Below, piece after piece: positions 7,720 to 17,144 of a DNA stretch of 28,777 nucleotides. Location: the NCBI GenBank assembly GCA_012032425.1, contig JAAUQE010000013.1, positions 1 through 28,777 of the forward strand, written 5' to 3'. Under the pieces are notes generated by a model. The model was not told the origin of the DNA and made no database searches. It worked only from the letters and a program-made list of their open reading frames with translations. This DNA comes from Leptolyngbya sp. RL_3_1. GTDB lineage: Bacteria > Cyanobacteriota > Cyanobacteriia > Phormidesmidales > Phormidesmidaceae. The position numbers and the translations under genes were made by a program. Position 1 is the stretch's first letter, and each line of letters begins with the position of its first letter.

Positions 7720-8982
7720 CTAGGGGTCTTGACCGGGCCAAGCAATTACAGCGGTTTGGGCCAGACGCTGGGCTAGTTGTACAGCCCCGGCTTGGTTAGG
7801 ATGGCTGGGATCAGCAAAGAACTGGTTTTGTCCTCGCCACTGTTCTAGCCAATCCACTATGGTGAAGTTTCCCGCTTGGGCTTCTTGACGCAGGTATTGT
7901 TGGAACTGGCGCTCATACCGCAACCGAGTGTCATCAAGGTAGTCATTGCTCAGGGGTAAATTGACGAAGACGAGGGGTAGATTACTTGCCTGGGCAAAGC
8001 GGGCGATCGCCCGCAGCGCGCTCGTTTGCACGCCCCGCAGCTCAAAGGGTTGGTAGGCCCCATCGTATTGGCCGCTGACGCGGGGATAGCTTCGGTAGTA
8101 GGTCTGAGGATCAAATCTATCGGCCACGGATAAAAACCCGTAGCCATTGATGGCGCTGATGGGAATCGGGTTGGCGTTCGGTGGGGCGTTCGGTTCTAGG
8201 GCAGGGCGCTGCCCCTGCCGCAGGGCTTGGTAGCCCGGTGAGGCAAGCATGGCGGCAAAGGTGCGATCGACGCGGCCACTATTAAAGGCCCGTGAGCCCC
8301 CCGCCCAGAGCAAGAGTTTGGGCAGTTGTTCCGGCGACAACACTTGCTGGAGTAAAAAGTTGATCACTTGGGCGGTGGCCCCATTTACCCCTAGGTTATA
8401 AACCCGCACTGTCGGCAGATCTTGACGGCTCAGGGCCGTTTCCAGCACTTGGGGATCAAGCCCTTGCAAGGCCCGAGAACTGCCCAAGATCAATACGTCA
8501 GGGGGGCCAAAGGTGGCCACATAGGACAGATAGACTCCCAGTTGCTCATCTAATACGGGACTCCCCACCGAGGGAAACACCGTGGGCCGACTGGCGAACT
8601 CGGACTGGCGCTGGGCGATCGCCAGTTTCGCCAAATAGTCGCGCCCCTGACGCTGGGCAAACACCCGTTGCGGGTTATCGGGGGGCACGGCTTGCAGTTG
8701 CTGCATCGCCGCTCCCCAGGTCTCCACCACCTGATCCCACTGCTGAGCCGTCTCGGCAGTGGCAGCCAAGCTGTCCGCTAGCTCCCCTGTCTGTAGGGCG
8801 CGCTTCAGAGTCAGATCAATAATGGGTGGTGACGGATCAACCTGTGCCAGGGTTGGTAACGTCGGCAACGTCGGCAAGGTCGAAGATTGACTGGGGCTAT
8901 AGGCCAGAGAGACGATCCCCAGGGCGAGCCACAGACTAATCCCGATTACCAGCGCTCTCCAAGCACAACGGCGAGTCATCAC
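7720..8982 (-). CDS. Membrane-anchored DUF1574 / SGNH(GDSL)-hydrolase-like protein
   Basis: 420 aa with an N-terminal signal anchor (WRALVIGISLWLALGIVSLA) and a TLPTLPTLPTL repeat. A block-I-like ILGSSRA and a C-terminal DPSHPNQAG (DxxH) are arranged as in SGNH hydrolases. The family assignment is from memory. Confidence 0.45.
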   Translation of the reverse strand: MMTRRCAWRALVIGISLWLALGIVSLAYSPSQSSTLPTLPTLPTLAQVDPSPPIIDLTLKRALQTGELADSLAATAETAQQWDQVVETWGAAMQQLQAVPPDNPQRVFAQRQGRDYLAKLAIAQRQSEFASRPTVFPSVGSPVLDEQLGVYLSYVATFGPPDVLILGSSRALQGLDPQVLETALSRQDLPTVRVYNLGVNGATAQVINFLLQQVLSPEQLPKLLLWAGGSRAFNSGRVDRTFAAMLASPGYQALRQGQRPALEPNAPPNANPIPISAINGYGFLSVADRFDPQTYYRSYPRVSGQYDGAYQPFELRGVQTSALRAIARFAQASNLPLVFVNLPLSNDYLDDTRLRYERQFQQYLRQEAQAGNFTIVDWLEQWRGQNQFFADPSHPNQAGAVQLAQRLAQTAVIAWPGQDP

Positions 8983-9189
8983 TCCAGCCGCAAGTCGATC
9001 GGGTGGGCATTACACTGAACCATGGACATCACTCCAACCTATTGACCGCTAGCTTAGCAATCTCCTGTAGAGAGCGAGAAGGTACCGTCATTCTCTATTC
9101 AGGGGAGAAGCCATAGAGATTTAGCGGACGTCATGGCATTGGCCTTGCCTGCCCCCACCACTCATCAGAATGTGTTCAACCGTTAGAAT

Positions 9190-9220
9190 GCAGCATCTTT
9201 GCTAAGCAGCATCTTTGCTA
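9190..9220. repeat. Perfect tandem duplication of the 15-mer GCAGCATCTTTGCTA (two copies, 1 nt spacer) in the divergent promoter region
   Basis: Copy 1 is at 9190-9204 and copy 2 at 9206-9220. It is followed by ATCTTTG...CAAAGAT, a 7 bp inverted repeat spanning 9211-9234. The duplication lies about 30 nt upstream of the yggT-like start. Confidence 0.6.
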
Positions 9221-9251
9221 GGCTGCTCAAAGATATTCCCATTGTGAACCG

Positions 9252-9734
9252 ATGCCTCACCCTGACGATCCCCGTCCATCCGACGCCAACCATCCAGACC
9301 CTAGCCATCCAGACCCCAATTATCAACCCCTGTCCCCAGGGCGAAATGGGCAACCTGATCCCTGGTTTACACCCGAAGCCCGACAAGAGCGGCAGCGTCT
9401 CGCCCAGGAAAAAGTCCGCCAGACCCAAGTCCGCCAGGTAACGGTGCTGGGCAAATTCATGCAGGGGGTGATCTATGCGGTGGCTGCCTTAGAAGCCTTG
9501 CTGGGTTTGCGATTTCTCCTGCGCCTCACCGCTGCCAACCCGGACAATACGTTTTCTAGCGTCATCTATGGGTTGTCACAGCCTTTCGTGAACCCTTTCT
9601 CGACGCTATTTATCAGCCCCACTTTTAATGGCAGCCTAAACATTATTGATGTGAATGTGCTGGTGGCGATGGCGGCCTATTTGGCCTTACTCGTCCTATT
9701 TCTAGGGCTGCTCCGCATTGTGTTTGAGAATTAG
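9252..9734 (+). CDS. YggT-family membrane protein with a His/Pro/Asp-rich N-terminal extension
   Basis: The C-terminal ~95 aa (VIYAVAALEALLGLRFLLRLTAANPDNTFSSVIYGLSQPFVNPF...IDVNVLVAMAAYLALLV) fit YggT/Ycf19-like proteins. The N-terminal 60 aa are low complexity (HPDDPRPSDANHPDPSHPDP). An alternative start is the ATG at 9459. Confidence 0.55.
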   Translation: MPHPDDPRPSDANHPDPSHPDPNYQPLSPGRNGQPDPWFTPEARQERQRLAQEKVRQTQVRQVTVLGKFMQGVIYAVAALEALLGLRFLLRLTAANPDNTFSSVIYGLSQPFVNPFSTLFISPTFNGSLNIIDVNVLVAMAAYLALLVLFLGLLRIVFEN

Positions 9735-9761
9735 GGATTTTGCAGAGTTGAAAAGTGAGGA

Positions 9762-10214
9762 TTAGGCGATCGCCTCCTTCAGTGGCAGGCTAGACAGGGC
9801 ATACAGCAGCCGGGTCGGCTCAGCATTGGGCTGTAGGAACGAGAAGCGATGCCAAAACCGGATGCGGCCATAGCGATCCAGCACGAACTGGGCCGGTAGC
9901 GGTGCCCCGAGGGCTTGGCCTGTATGGTACTGCTGGAACACCTGGCAGGAGGGATCGGAGAGGAAAGGCATGGTCAGCCCCAGCTCTTCAAGCACCACTT
10001 GGCTCTGGGCTAAGTCTGTACTGGTCACCAGCAGCAGCTCCGCCCCCGCCGCTTGAATCAAGGGATAAGCCTCCTGTAGCGCCACCAAATGGGGAAAGCA
10101 GAGGGGGCAGTAGTGGCGTTCGGTAAAGATGCGGGTGAAGGCCAAAACGATGGGCGATCGCCCCAATATTGAGAAAGCCGCTGGGGCTGCTGGTTTTGGA
10201 CTCGGGTCAGGCAA
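9762..10214 (-). CDS. Peroxiredoxin-like / redoxin (thioredoxin-fold) protein with a CxxC motif
   Basis: 150 aa with ERHYCPLCFPHLVALQ (CPLC) inside an AhpC/TSA-like fold (LLLVTSTD...FLSDP...QFVLDRYGRIRF). It sits immediately downstream, on the same strand, of the 2-Cys peroxiredoxin gene. Confidence 0.5.
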   Translation of the reverse strand: MPDPSPKPAAPAAFSILGRSPIVLAFTRIFTERHYCPLCFPHLVALQEAYPLIQAAGAELLLVTSTDLAQSQVVLEELGLTMPFLSDPSCQVFQQYHTGQALGAPLPAQFVLDRYGRIRFWHRFSFLQPNAEPTRLLYALSSLPLKEAIA

Positions 10215-10432
10215 AAATCAGGGCGCGATCGCCCAGTTGCAGTTGGTTCAACGGCGGCACCGGCAAGAAATTTTGCCAAAATCGGCCACTCAATAAAAGT
10301 GAAGGCGGAGCGTAGACAGCCATTTCCATTAGGAAGCTACCGAAAAATAGCGGTTTCCATAGTAGGGTTTTAGTCTGGCAAAACCCTACCCAAAAGAGTT
10401 CTTACTCTCTATTTCCCAATTAAACGGGCCAA

Positions 10433-11038
10433 TTAAATGGTGGCAAAGAATTCCTTTGACTTCACTGGGTCAGGCACCATGGTTTTTTCACCGGGTTGCC
10501 AACCGGCAGGACAGACCTCATCGGGATGGCTCTGCACATATTGAACCGCTTGTAGGGTCCGCAGGGTTTCATCGACGCTACGGCCAAAAGAGAGGTTATT
10601 AATGGTGGCATGTTGAATAACTCCCTCCTTATCGATGATAAAGAGTCCCCGTAAGGCCACCCCTGCATCGGGGTCCAAAACGTTGTAGTCGGTGCTGATT
10701 TCCTTCTTGATATCCGACACGAGTGGATATTCCAGATCGCCAACGCCCCCGAGCTTGCGTTCGGTTTGGATCCAGGCCAAGTGAGAGAATTCGCTGTCTA
10801 CAGAGACCCCCAGCACCTCGGTGTTCAGATCCTTGAATTCGCCGTGGCGATCGCTAAAGGCCGTCACCTCTGTGGGACAAACGAAGGTGAAATCCAAGGG
10901 ATAGAAGAACAAGATCACGTACTTGCCCCTGAGGTCAGAGAGCTTAATGGTTTTGAATTCTTGATCGACCACCGCCGTCGCCGTGAAATCAGGGGCCGCT
11001 TGACCCACCCGCAAACAACCCTCTACTGGACTCGTCAT
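10433..11038 (-). CDS. Typical 2-Cys peroxiredoxin (AhpC/TSA family)
   Basis: 201 aa. The peroxidatic Cys lies in [14 protein letters not shown] and the resolving Cys in VCPAGW. The conserved DSEFSHLAW and GLFIID motifs are present. Confidence 0.9.
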   Translation of the reverse strand: MTSPVEGCLRVGQAAPDFTATAVVDQEFKTIKLSDLRGKYVILFFYPLDFTFVCPTEVTAFSDRHGEFKDLNTEVLGVSVDSEFSHLAWIQTERKLGGVGDLEYPLVSDIKKEISTDYNVLDPDAGVALRGLFIIDKEGVIQHATINNLSFGRSVDETLRTLQAVQYVQSHPDEVCPAGWQPGEKTMVPDPVKSKEFFATI

Positions 11039-11243
11039 AGCAGTCTCCTCATTACGCCGTCAGCCTGGATATTTGCAGTCCTTAAGCCTAGAGCTACATA
11101 TTGTTAGTCTGTATCATAGTCGCTTGAATTGCTTTCGCCACGGGACCCTATGGCGAAATGTAACAGCTAATACCCATGAGTTTTGGTGAAACCAACTATA
11201 ATAAGCTCACGCCTTAAAATTTATTCCACTAGAACTAGCGCCT

Positions 11244-12209
11244 GTGTTCACGACTGCCCTGTCCGCTAACCCCGCCCCTGCAACGACTGTTGACCTGTTT
11301 GAGGCGATCGCAGCCCTGAAGCAGGAACTGAATGCCGTTGTTTTGGCCCATTACTATCAAGAGCCCGACATTCAGGATGTGGCGGACTATATCGGTGACT
11401 CCCTGGGGTTATCTCAGCAGGCAGCCCAAACCGATGCCGACGTGATTGTGTTTGCCGGGGTCCACTTTATGGCCGAGACCGCCAAAATTTTGAACCCGAA
11501 CAAGCTGGTGCTCTTACCGGACCTGAATGCGGGCTGTTCCCTGGCCGACACTTGCCCGCCGGACCAATTTGCAGCGTTTAAGGCGAAGCATCCCGATCAC
11601 CTCGTGATTTCCTATATCAACTGCTCCGCCGAGATTAAGGCGATGAGTGACATTATTTGCACCAGCTCCAACGCGGTCAAAATCGTCAATCAAATTCCGG
11701 CGGACCAGCCGATTATTTTTGCCCCCGATCGCAACCTCGGTCGCTACGTCATGGCTGAAACGGGCCGCGATCTGGTGCTCTGGCAGGGCAGTTGCATGGT
11801 CCACGAGACCTTCTCCGAGAAGAAGCTGGTGCAGCTCCAAATGGAGTACCCCCATGCTGAGATCGTGGCTCACCCCGAATGTGAGGAACCAGTGTTGCGT
11901 CAAGCCCACTTCATTGGCTCCACCACGGCGCTGTTGAAGTACGTGCAGCAGCGTGATCTCAGCCAGTTCATTGTGGTGACTGAATCGGGCATCATCCACC
12001 AGATGGAAAAGCAGGTGCCCAACAAGCACTTCATCCCCGCCCCGCCTACGGGCAACTGTGCCTGCAACGAATGCCCCCACATGCGGCTGAACACCTTGGA
12101 GAAATTGCACCGGGCCATGGCCGAGCGCCAGCCGGAAATCAGCCTGTCCCCGGAGATCTGCGCGGCGGCCCTAAAGCCCATTCAGCGGATGTTGGAAATG
12201 AGTCGTTAG
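11244..12209 (+). CDS. nadA: Quinolinate synthase NadA
   Basis: 321 aa with [21 protein letters not shown] and three Cys-containing segments (NAGCS, GSCMVHE, NECPHM) typical of NadA. The start is a GTG at 11244. Confidence 0.9.
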   Translation: MFTTALSANPAPATTVDLFEAIAALKQELNAVVLAHYYQEPDIQDVADYIGDSLGLSQQAAQTDADVIVFAGVHFMAETAKILNPNKLVLLPDLNAGCSLADTCPPDQFAAFKAKHPDHLVISYINCSAEIKAMSDIICTSSNAVKIVNQIPADQPIIFAPDRNLGRYVMAETGRDLVLWQGSCMVHETFSEKKLVQLQMEYPHAEIVAHPECEEPVLRQAHFIGSTTALLKYVQQRDLSQFIVVTESGIIHQMEKQVPNKHFIPAPPTGNCACNECPHMRLNTLEKLHRAMAERQPEISLSPEICAAALKPIQRMLEMSR

Positions 12210-12253
12210 GGGCTTTAAGGGAGTAGCTTGCAAATAATATCCCCCCAGGCCGA

Positions 12254-12304
12254 GTTTCGACTCCGCTCAACTCTCGATGCTGGCAGGTTGAGCGGAGTCG
12301 AAAC
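12254..12304. terminator. Long perfect hairpin (18 bp stem, 15 nt loop) between the convergent nadA and hisIE genes; putative bidirectional terminator without a clear U-tract
   Basis: GTTTCGACTCCGCTCAAC at 12254-12271 is the reverse complement of GTTGAGCGGAGTCGAAAC at 12287-12304. Confidence 0.4.
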
Positions 12305-12339
12305 CGAATTGATTGGGTGCGTTATTTAGCGGCATCTCC

Positions 12340-12975
12340 CTAACGACGACGGCTTTGCAATTTGCGGTACACCGCTTTCACATCCACATTGTGGTGGGCC
12401 ATGGCCACGAGGGTGTGATAGAGCAAATCCGCCACTTCTCCGGCGATCTCATCAGCATTGTCGTCTTTGCAGGCCATCACCACTTCCGCTGACTCCTCGC
12501 CAATTTTCTTGAGAATTTTGTTGTCGCCCCCGGCCAGCAGCTTATTGGTGTAAGAGCCTTCTTGGGGGTGGGCTTGGCGATCGCGAATCACCCCATACAC
12601 CTGGGAGAGGGTATCGGCGGGCGGCGGCACAATCTTGCCGTCAATCTGGTGAAAGCAACTGCGCTCGCCGGTATGGCAGGCAATGTCCCCTTGCTGCTCG
12701 ACGGTGATCAACAGAGCGTCACTGTCGCAGTCATAGCGGATGGACTGGACCTTTTGCAGATGGCCGGAGGTGGCTCCCTTATGCCACAGTTCTTGGCGGG
12801 AGCGGCTCCAAAACCAGGTGTCGCCGGTATCTAAGGTCTTTTGCAATGACTCTCGATTCATCCAGGCCATCATCAATACGGTGCCGTCGAGGTAGTCTTG
12901 CACGATGGCGGGTACGAGCCCCTGATCGGTGTAGCGGATTTGATCGAGGGGGACGGTGGTAGCGGCAAGGGACAT
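12340..12975 (-). CDS. hisIE: Bifunctional phosphoribosyl-AMP cyclohydrolase / phosphoribosyl-ATP pyrophosphatase HisIE
   Basis: A HisI block ([28 protein letters not shown]) is followed by a HisE block ([28 protein letters not shown]). The ATG start is at 12975 and an upstream in-frame TTG at 12993. Confidence 0.85.
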   Translation of the reverse strand: MSLAATTVPLDQIRYTDQGLVPAIVQDYLDGTVLMMAWMNRESLQKTLDTGDTWFWSRSRQELWHKGATSGHLQKVQSIRYDCDSDALLITVEQQGDIACHTGERSCFHQIDGKIVPPPADTLSQVYGVIRDRQAHPQEGSYTNKLLAGGDNKILKKIGEESAEVVMACKDDNADEIAGEVADLLYHTLVAMAHHNVDVKAVYRKLQSRRR

Positions 12976-13024
12976 GGGCGATCGCAAACGCAACTTAATC
13001 TTTCCGCCAACTTACCACGCAGGT

Positions 13025-14623
13025 TTAATAGTCTGGCGTGTGCCGTGCCTCTAGGGCATAGATCGGCTGGGTTTGGGCCTTACCCTTCAGGGCAATCTGC
13101 CCCAACGACTTGGTATGGAAATGATTGCCAATCTGCCCATACATGAACTGATTCATCAAAATCTTGTTTTCTCCAGCGCGGCTCATTAACCGTGCCGCTG
13201 TGTTGACCGTATCCCCCAACACGTTAAATTCCCGCCGTCCCCGTTTCTCGCCAATTTCTGCCGCAAACACCGGCCCGTAGGTGAGGCCAATGCGGTAAGT
13301 GACGCGGATTTTTTTGCCCTGCACCGTTGGTGAAGGCAACGACTCGATTAAATCGCGAATGGCTAAAACCGAGTCCGCCGCTCGAAACGGGTCGCTGGGG
13401 TCAGGATTCAGCACGCCAAAGTGCAGCAGCATTTCAGAGCCGATCGAGTGGTAAGTGACCTTTTGCAAAATCCCGCCCTTTAGCTCCACCACCCCGTTAA
13501 TCAGCGAAAACGCATCCGAGAAGCAGTCCACCAAATACTCGGTTTCTTCCGGTAGCGAATCGTCAACGGATTCTGGTAACCCGATTAGATTCACGAAGGC
13601 GACCGCAATGGTGGGAAACGAAGGGGGAATGCGGCGATCGGCGGCGGTTTCCACCAATAATTGCAAAATTTTTCGGGGCACATAGCTGGCCAAGGGCTCA
13701 ATCAGGTCCACCGAGGTGCCAATTTCCGTCAGCAGCGCTTCGACACTGCGATCGAATAGCATCGGCGTGGGCTGACGGCGACGGGCCAGGGTGATTTCGT
13801 ATTCCCCCAGTTCCTCAGCGCTAAAGTCATCTTCCACCAGCCAGTAGTTGTCGCCATTGGGTTTGAGCTGGATGCGATCGCCCAAAAACTGCTTTACCCC
13901 ATCAGTCAAAGACACCTGGCCGACCACCCCGGCCCCTTCCGATTGCTTGGCAATGGTGACGGCCCGCCCTAGCAACACATGGGTCATGCGCTGCGGTGTG
14001 CCGATGTCAGCCTTGACGAACCGACCCTCGTGCAGCCCCACCCGCATCTGTAGCGACAGCTCCCCCTTGTGGGTGGGAATGCGACGAAAAGAACGCATTG
14101 CCCGCTGCATCCTGAGTCCGGCATGGACGGCCTGCTCCACATCATGGCGGCCTTGGTCGGCGGGGAACTGCACCAGCAGCGCATCACCGGTAAATTCCAG
14201 CAAGTTACCGCCAGACTTACTGACGATTTCGATCATTTCTGCAAAGTAATTGTTGAGCAGCTTCAGCAGCAGCTCTGCCCCATCAATGCCTTCGGCGGCG
14301 CGGGCTTCTAAAAGGGGGGTAAACCCGGCCAAATCCGTGAAGAGTAAGGTGCCCTCCTGCCAGCCGTAGCGCACTTCACCCGGCAGCGGGGGGTGGTTAT
14401 ACACATCCCGAGGGACGTAATTGATCAGAATGTGTTGAAGGGTGCGCAGGTGCTCAAAAACCCGCATCAACGTGTCTGAGACCGGGTCAATCCAGGCGGC
14501 AGCGTATAGATCAGCGGGCAATAGCGACCGCAGTCGCCGCTCCATATCCACCAGGATATTCGCCGTTGGTGAAAGGGCCATATACGCCGGGTGAATCTGC
14601 ATTCCTAGTTCTGAACCTCTCAA
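13025..14623 (-). CDS. Class III adenylate/guanylate cyclase with two tandem cyclase-homology domains (C1/C2-like)
   Basis: 532 aa. Domain 1 (LLFTDLAGFT...LEFTGDALL) keeps both metal-binding Asp but has T/K (GRAVTIAKQSE) where the transition-state Asn/Arg normally sit. Domain 2 has N in place of the first Asp (VAFVNLIGL) and IGS in place of GD (YHSIGSEML), but keeps Asn/Arg (FNVLGDTVNTAARL). Confidence 0.8.
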   Translation of the reverse strand: MRGSELGMQIHPAYMALSPTANILVDMERRLRSLLPADLYAAAWIDPVSDTLMRVFEHLRTLQHILINYVPRDVYNHPPLPGEVRYGWQEGTLLFTDLAGFTPLLEARAAEGIDGAELLLKLLNNYFAEMIEIVSKSGGNLLEFTGDALLVQFPADQGRHDVEQAVHAGLRMQRAMRSFRRIPTHKGELSLQMRVGLHEGRFVKADIGTPQRMTHVLLGRAVTIAKQSEGAGVVGQVSLTDGVKQFLGDRIQLKPNGDNYWLVEDDFSAEELGEYEITLARRRQPTPMLFDRSVEALLTEIGTSVDLIEPLASYVPRKILQLLVETAADRRIPPSFPTIAVAFVNLIGLPESVDDSLPEETEYLVDCFSDAFSLINGVVELKGGILQKVTYHSIGSEMLLHFGVLNPDPSDPFRAADSVLAIRDLIESLPSPTVQGKKIRVTYRIGLTYGPVFAAEIGEKRGRREFNVLGDTVNTAARLMSRAGENKILMNQFMYGQIGNHFHTKSLGQIALKGKAQTQPIYALEARHTPDY

Positions 14624-14714
14624 GGCTAACAGAGTTTACAGCCCCCTAAAACGCGATCCGGTGGATCTATCCAGGTCGCTCCGCAAAATTTCGGAGATTA
14701 TGGCCATCGCTGCC

Positions 14715-14752
14715 CTCAGGCTACGGCAGCATCTCCGTAGCCTCCCTGAGGA
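14715..14752. other. Extended imperfect hairpin in the intergenic region between the cupin stop and the cyclase start
   Basis: CCTCAGGCTACGG...CCGTAGCCTCCCTGAGG. An 8 bp GGCTACGG/CCGTAGCC stem plus a CCTCAG/CTGAGG extension with a small bulge. Confidence 0.3.
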
Positions 14753-14817
14753 CAGCGCTTCAGCTCCGGCTGCTGAACGTCAAGGGATTGCCGCTCCATC
14801 GCTTCGCCATTGGGAAA

Positions 14818-15299
14818 TCAGGGGCAGTGGCCAGCGCTATACATCCACCCATTTGCGCTGCTCCCCACCCGGTAGAGTCGCTGATTCACCTTGGGATAGT
14901 CGCAAATGTCGTAGTCCAAACGGGTGCCGCCCATCAGGTACACCAAGTCCTCGTCAAAGGGGTTGGTGAGCCCGTGGGCGAGGCTGTTGGGGGCAAAGCC
15001 CATGAAGTCACCGGGTTTGACCTCTACAGTATCATCGCCAATTTCGGCCAGACCTCGCCCCGACAGGATATAGATGAATTCCTCCTCGGCATGGTGACGG
15101 TGGTACTGGGTGGAGTCATTGCCGGGGCCAAGCGCACCAGATGGATACCCAGGTGAATGCAGCCCACCGCGTCCCCCAGGGATTTGGTGTGGCGGATTGC
15201 TCTAGGATTGAGGGGATGCACGAACACCTGCTCCGGCAGGGCCGAGATCGCCGTTGCAGTCAGCAGGGGATGGGGTCGGTCAGAGTGGGGGGCAGTCAT
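14818..15299 (-). CDS. Cupin-domain protein (cupin_2 type), reading frame broken by a 1-nt homopolymer frameshift near 15114-15117
   Basis: N-terminal part in one frame: [13 protein letters not shown]...[29 protein letters not shown]. The rest is in the +1 frame: [54 protein letters not shown], carrying both cupin motifs (HxH...E...G and PxG..H...N). Adding one G to the GGGG run at 15114-15117 (plus strand) joins them as ...LVRLAPGNDST.... Confidence 0.55.
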
Positions 15300-15339
15300 C
15301 ACAATAGGTCCCAATATTGACCCCCAGGACGGGGGAGGA

Positions 15340-17103
15340 ATGCTCCATGCTAGCCGCGATCGCACCCTCAGAACTCGATGTGAACAGGCCCTGGTGGCGG
15401 CGTTTGGGCCGGAGCTAGCGGATGCCGATCCGGTGTTGGTCCCGGCCAGCAACCCGAAGTTTGGGGACTTCCAGGCGAATGGGGCGATGGGATTGGCGAA
15501 GCGGTTGAAAAGTAAGCCGAGGGCGATCGCCGAGCAAATCGTCGCGCACCTACAGGTGGATGACCTCTGCGAAACCCCAGAAATTGCTGGGCCGGGGTTT
15601 ATTAACCTGCGGCTGAAAACCAGCTATCTCCAAGAGCAGCTTCAGAACATTTATGGCAGCGATCGCCTCGGGGTCGAGACCGTCCAGCAACCCCAGAAAG
15701 TAATCGTCGATTTCTCTAGCCCCAACATCGCCAAGGAAATGCATGTGGGCCACCTGCGCTCCACCATCATTGGCGACTCCATTGCCCGCGTCCTCGAATT
15801 CATGGGCCATGACGTGCTGCGGCTCAACCATGTGGGGGACTGGGGCACCCAGTTCGGCATGTTGATCACCCATTTGCAGACGGTCTGCCCGGAGGCCCTG
15901 GCCGATGCCGAGGCTGTGGATATCGGCGATCTGGTTACCTTTTATAAGCAGGCCAAGCAGCGGTTTGATGAGGACGAGGATTTCAAGGGGCGATCGCGGG
16001 ATGCGGTAGTAGCGTTGCAGTCGGGGGATGAGATCGCCCGCAAGGCTTGGCAGATCCTCTGCGAGCAGTCCCGCCGCGCCTTCCAAGCCATCTACGATCG
16101 CCTCGACATCCAGCTTCAAGAGCGGGGGGAGTCGTTTTATAACCCGCTCCTAGCCGATGTGGCCCAGGATCTCAAGGAACAAGGGCTACTGGTAGAAGAC
16201 CAGGGGGCGCAATGCGTCTTTCTGGATGGCTTCACCAACAAAGAGGGTGACCCCCAGCCGTTGATTATCCAAAAATCCAACGGCGGCTTTAACTACGCCA
16301 CCACGGATCTCGCGGCGATTCGCTATCGCACCCAGCAGGATGGGGCGGAGCGGGTGCTGTACGTGGTGGATGCGGGGCAAGCCAATCACTTTGCCCAGGT
16401 GTTTCAGGTGGCGGCCAAGGCGGGCTGGATTCCGGACCAGCGCGAATTTACCCATGTGCCCTTCGGGGTGGTGCAGGGGGAGGACGGCAAAAAGTTCAAA
16501 ACCCGCTCCGGGGAGACGGTGCGGCTGAAGGATTTGCTGGATGAGGCGGTGAAGCGATCGCGCGCCGACCTCGAAACCCGCATCGCCGCTGAGGACCGCC
16601 AGGAAACGGAGGACTTCATTCAGCAGGTGGCGGAGACGGTGGGTATCGGCTCGGTCAAGTATGCGGATCTGAGCCAAAACCGCACCAGCAACTACATCTT
16701 TAGCTATGACAAGATGCTGGCCCTCCAGGGCAACACCGCCCCCTATTTGCTTTATGCCTATGTGCGGGTGCAGGGGATCAGCCGCAAGGGAGGGATTGAT
16801 TTCACGGCGCTCGGTGAGAATGCGGCGATTCACCTGGGGGATGAGAGTGAGTTGACGCTGGCCAAGCACCTCTTGCAGTTGGATGAGGTGTTGGCGGAGG
16901 TGGCGAAGGATCTGTACCCCAACCGACTTTGTCAGTATTTGTTTGAGCTAAGCCAGGTGTTTAATCAGTTTTATGACCGCTGCTCGGTGCTGCAAGCGGC
17001 GAAACCGGAGCGCACATCGCGGCTGATGCTGTGTGATCTGACGGCCCGGACGTTGAAGCAGGGGTTGGAACTATTGGGGATTCAAGTGCTGGAGCGCTTG
17101 TAG
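15340..17103 (+). CDS. argS: Arginine--tRNA ligase ArgS
   Basis: 588 aa from the ATG at 15340, which is preceded by GGGGGAGG. It carries the class I HIGH-type motif ([20 protein letters not shown]), an ArgRS-like body and a DALR-type C-terminal anticodon-binding region. The longer ORF from 15157 overlaps the divergent cupin gene. Confidence 0.9.
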   Translation: MLHASRDRTLRTRCEQALVAAFGPELADADPVLVPASNPKFGDFQANGAMGLAKRLKSKPRAIAEQIVAHLQVDDLCETPEIAGPGFINLRLKTSYLQEQLQNIYGSDRLGVETVQQPQKVIVDFSSPNIAKEMHVGHLRSTIIGDSIARVLEFMGHDVLRLNHVGDWGTQFGMLITHLQTVCPEALADAEAVDIGDLVTFYKQAKQRFDEDEDFKGRSRDAVVALQSGDEIARKAWQILCEQSRRAFQAIYDRLDIQLQERGESFYNPLLADVAQDLKEQGLLVEDQGAQCVFLDGFTNKEGDPQPLIIQKSNGGFNYATTDLAAIRYRTQQDGAERVLYVVDAGQANHFAQVFQVAAKAGWIPDQREFTHVPFGVVQGEDGKKFKTRSGETVRLKDLLDEAVKRSRADLETRIAAEDRQETEDFIQQVAETVGIGSVKYADLSQNRTSNYIFSYDKMLALQGNTAPYLLYAYVRVQGISRKGGIDFTALGENAAIHLGDESELTLAKHLLQLDEVLAEVAKDLYPNRLCQYLFELSQVFNQFYDRCSVLQAAKPERTSRLMLCDLTARTLKQGLELLGIQVLERL

Positions 17104-17144
17104 GGCAGAGGTCTCAAGACAATTAAGCGTCCCGGCCCTGGAGC

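Noticed and set aside
3707-9060. The 10-mer TTAGCAATCT occurs at 3711 and 9050, with a related TTAGCAATAT at 3776
   Set aside because: The match is too short to exclude chance in 28.8 kb and the copies share no flanking similarity.
11514-12110. 198-aa ORF on the minus strand inside nadA
   Set aside because: It is entirely antisense to a confidently identified nadA and its translation is Arg/Val/Gly-rich GC-skew junk. This is the typical spurious antisense ORF in high-GC DNA.
12252-12272. GAGTTTCGACTCCGCTC, superficially like a tRNA T-arm
   Set aside because: It is one arm of a perfect 18 bp palindrome with no acceptor or anticodon context, so it is not a tRNA.
14661-15156. Plus-strand ORFs 14661-14969 and 14788-15156
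   Set aside because: Both are antisense to the cupin gene, which is recovered on the minus strand once the frameshift is recognised. Their translations are Ala/Pro/Arg-rich with no motifs.
15157-15339. N-terminal 61 codons of the ORF-finder's 648-aa argS model
   Set aside because: The extension overlaps the divergent cupin gene and is not ArgRS-like. An ATG at 15340 with an excellent GGGGGAGG ribosome-binding site gives the canonical ~588-aa protein.
16186-16869. 227-aa minus-strand ORF inside argS, plus the smaller ORFs at 15550-16119 and 16404-16619
   Set aside because: All are antisense to argS and none has a recognisable motif. The same reasoning applies to 22569-23081 (antisense to bicA), 12562-12834 (antisense to hisIE), 13848-14249 and 14069-14311 (antisense to the cyclase).
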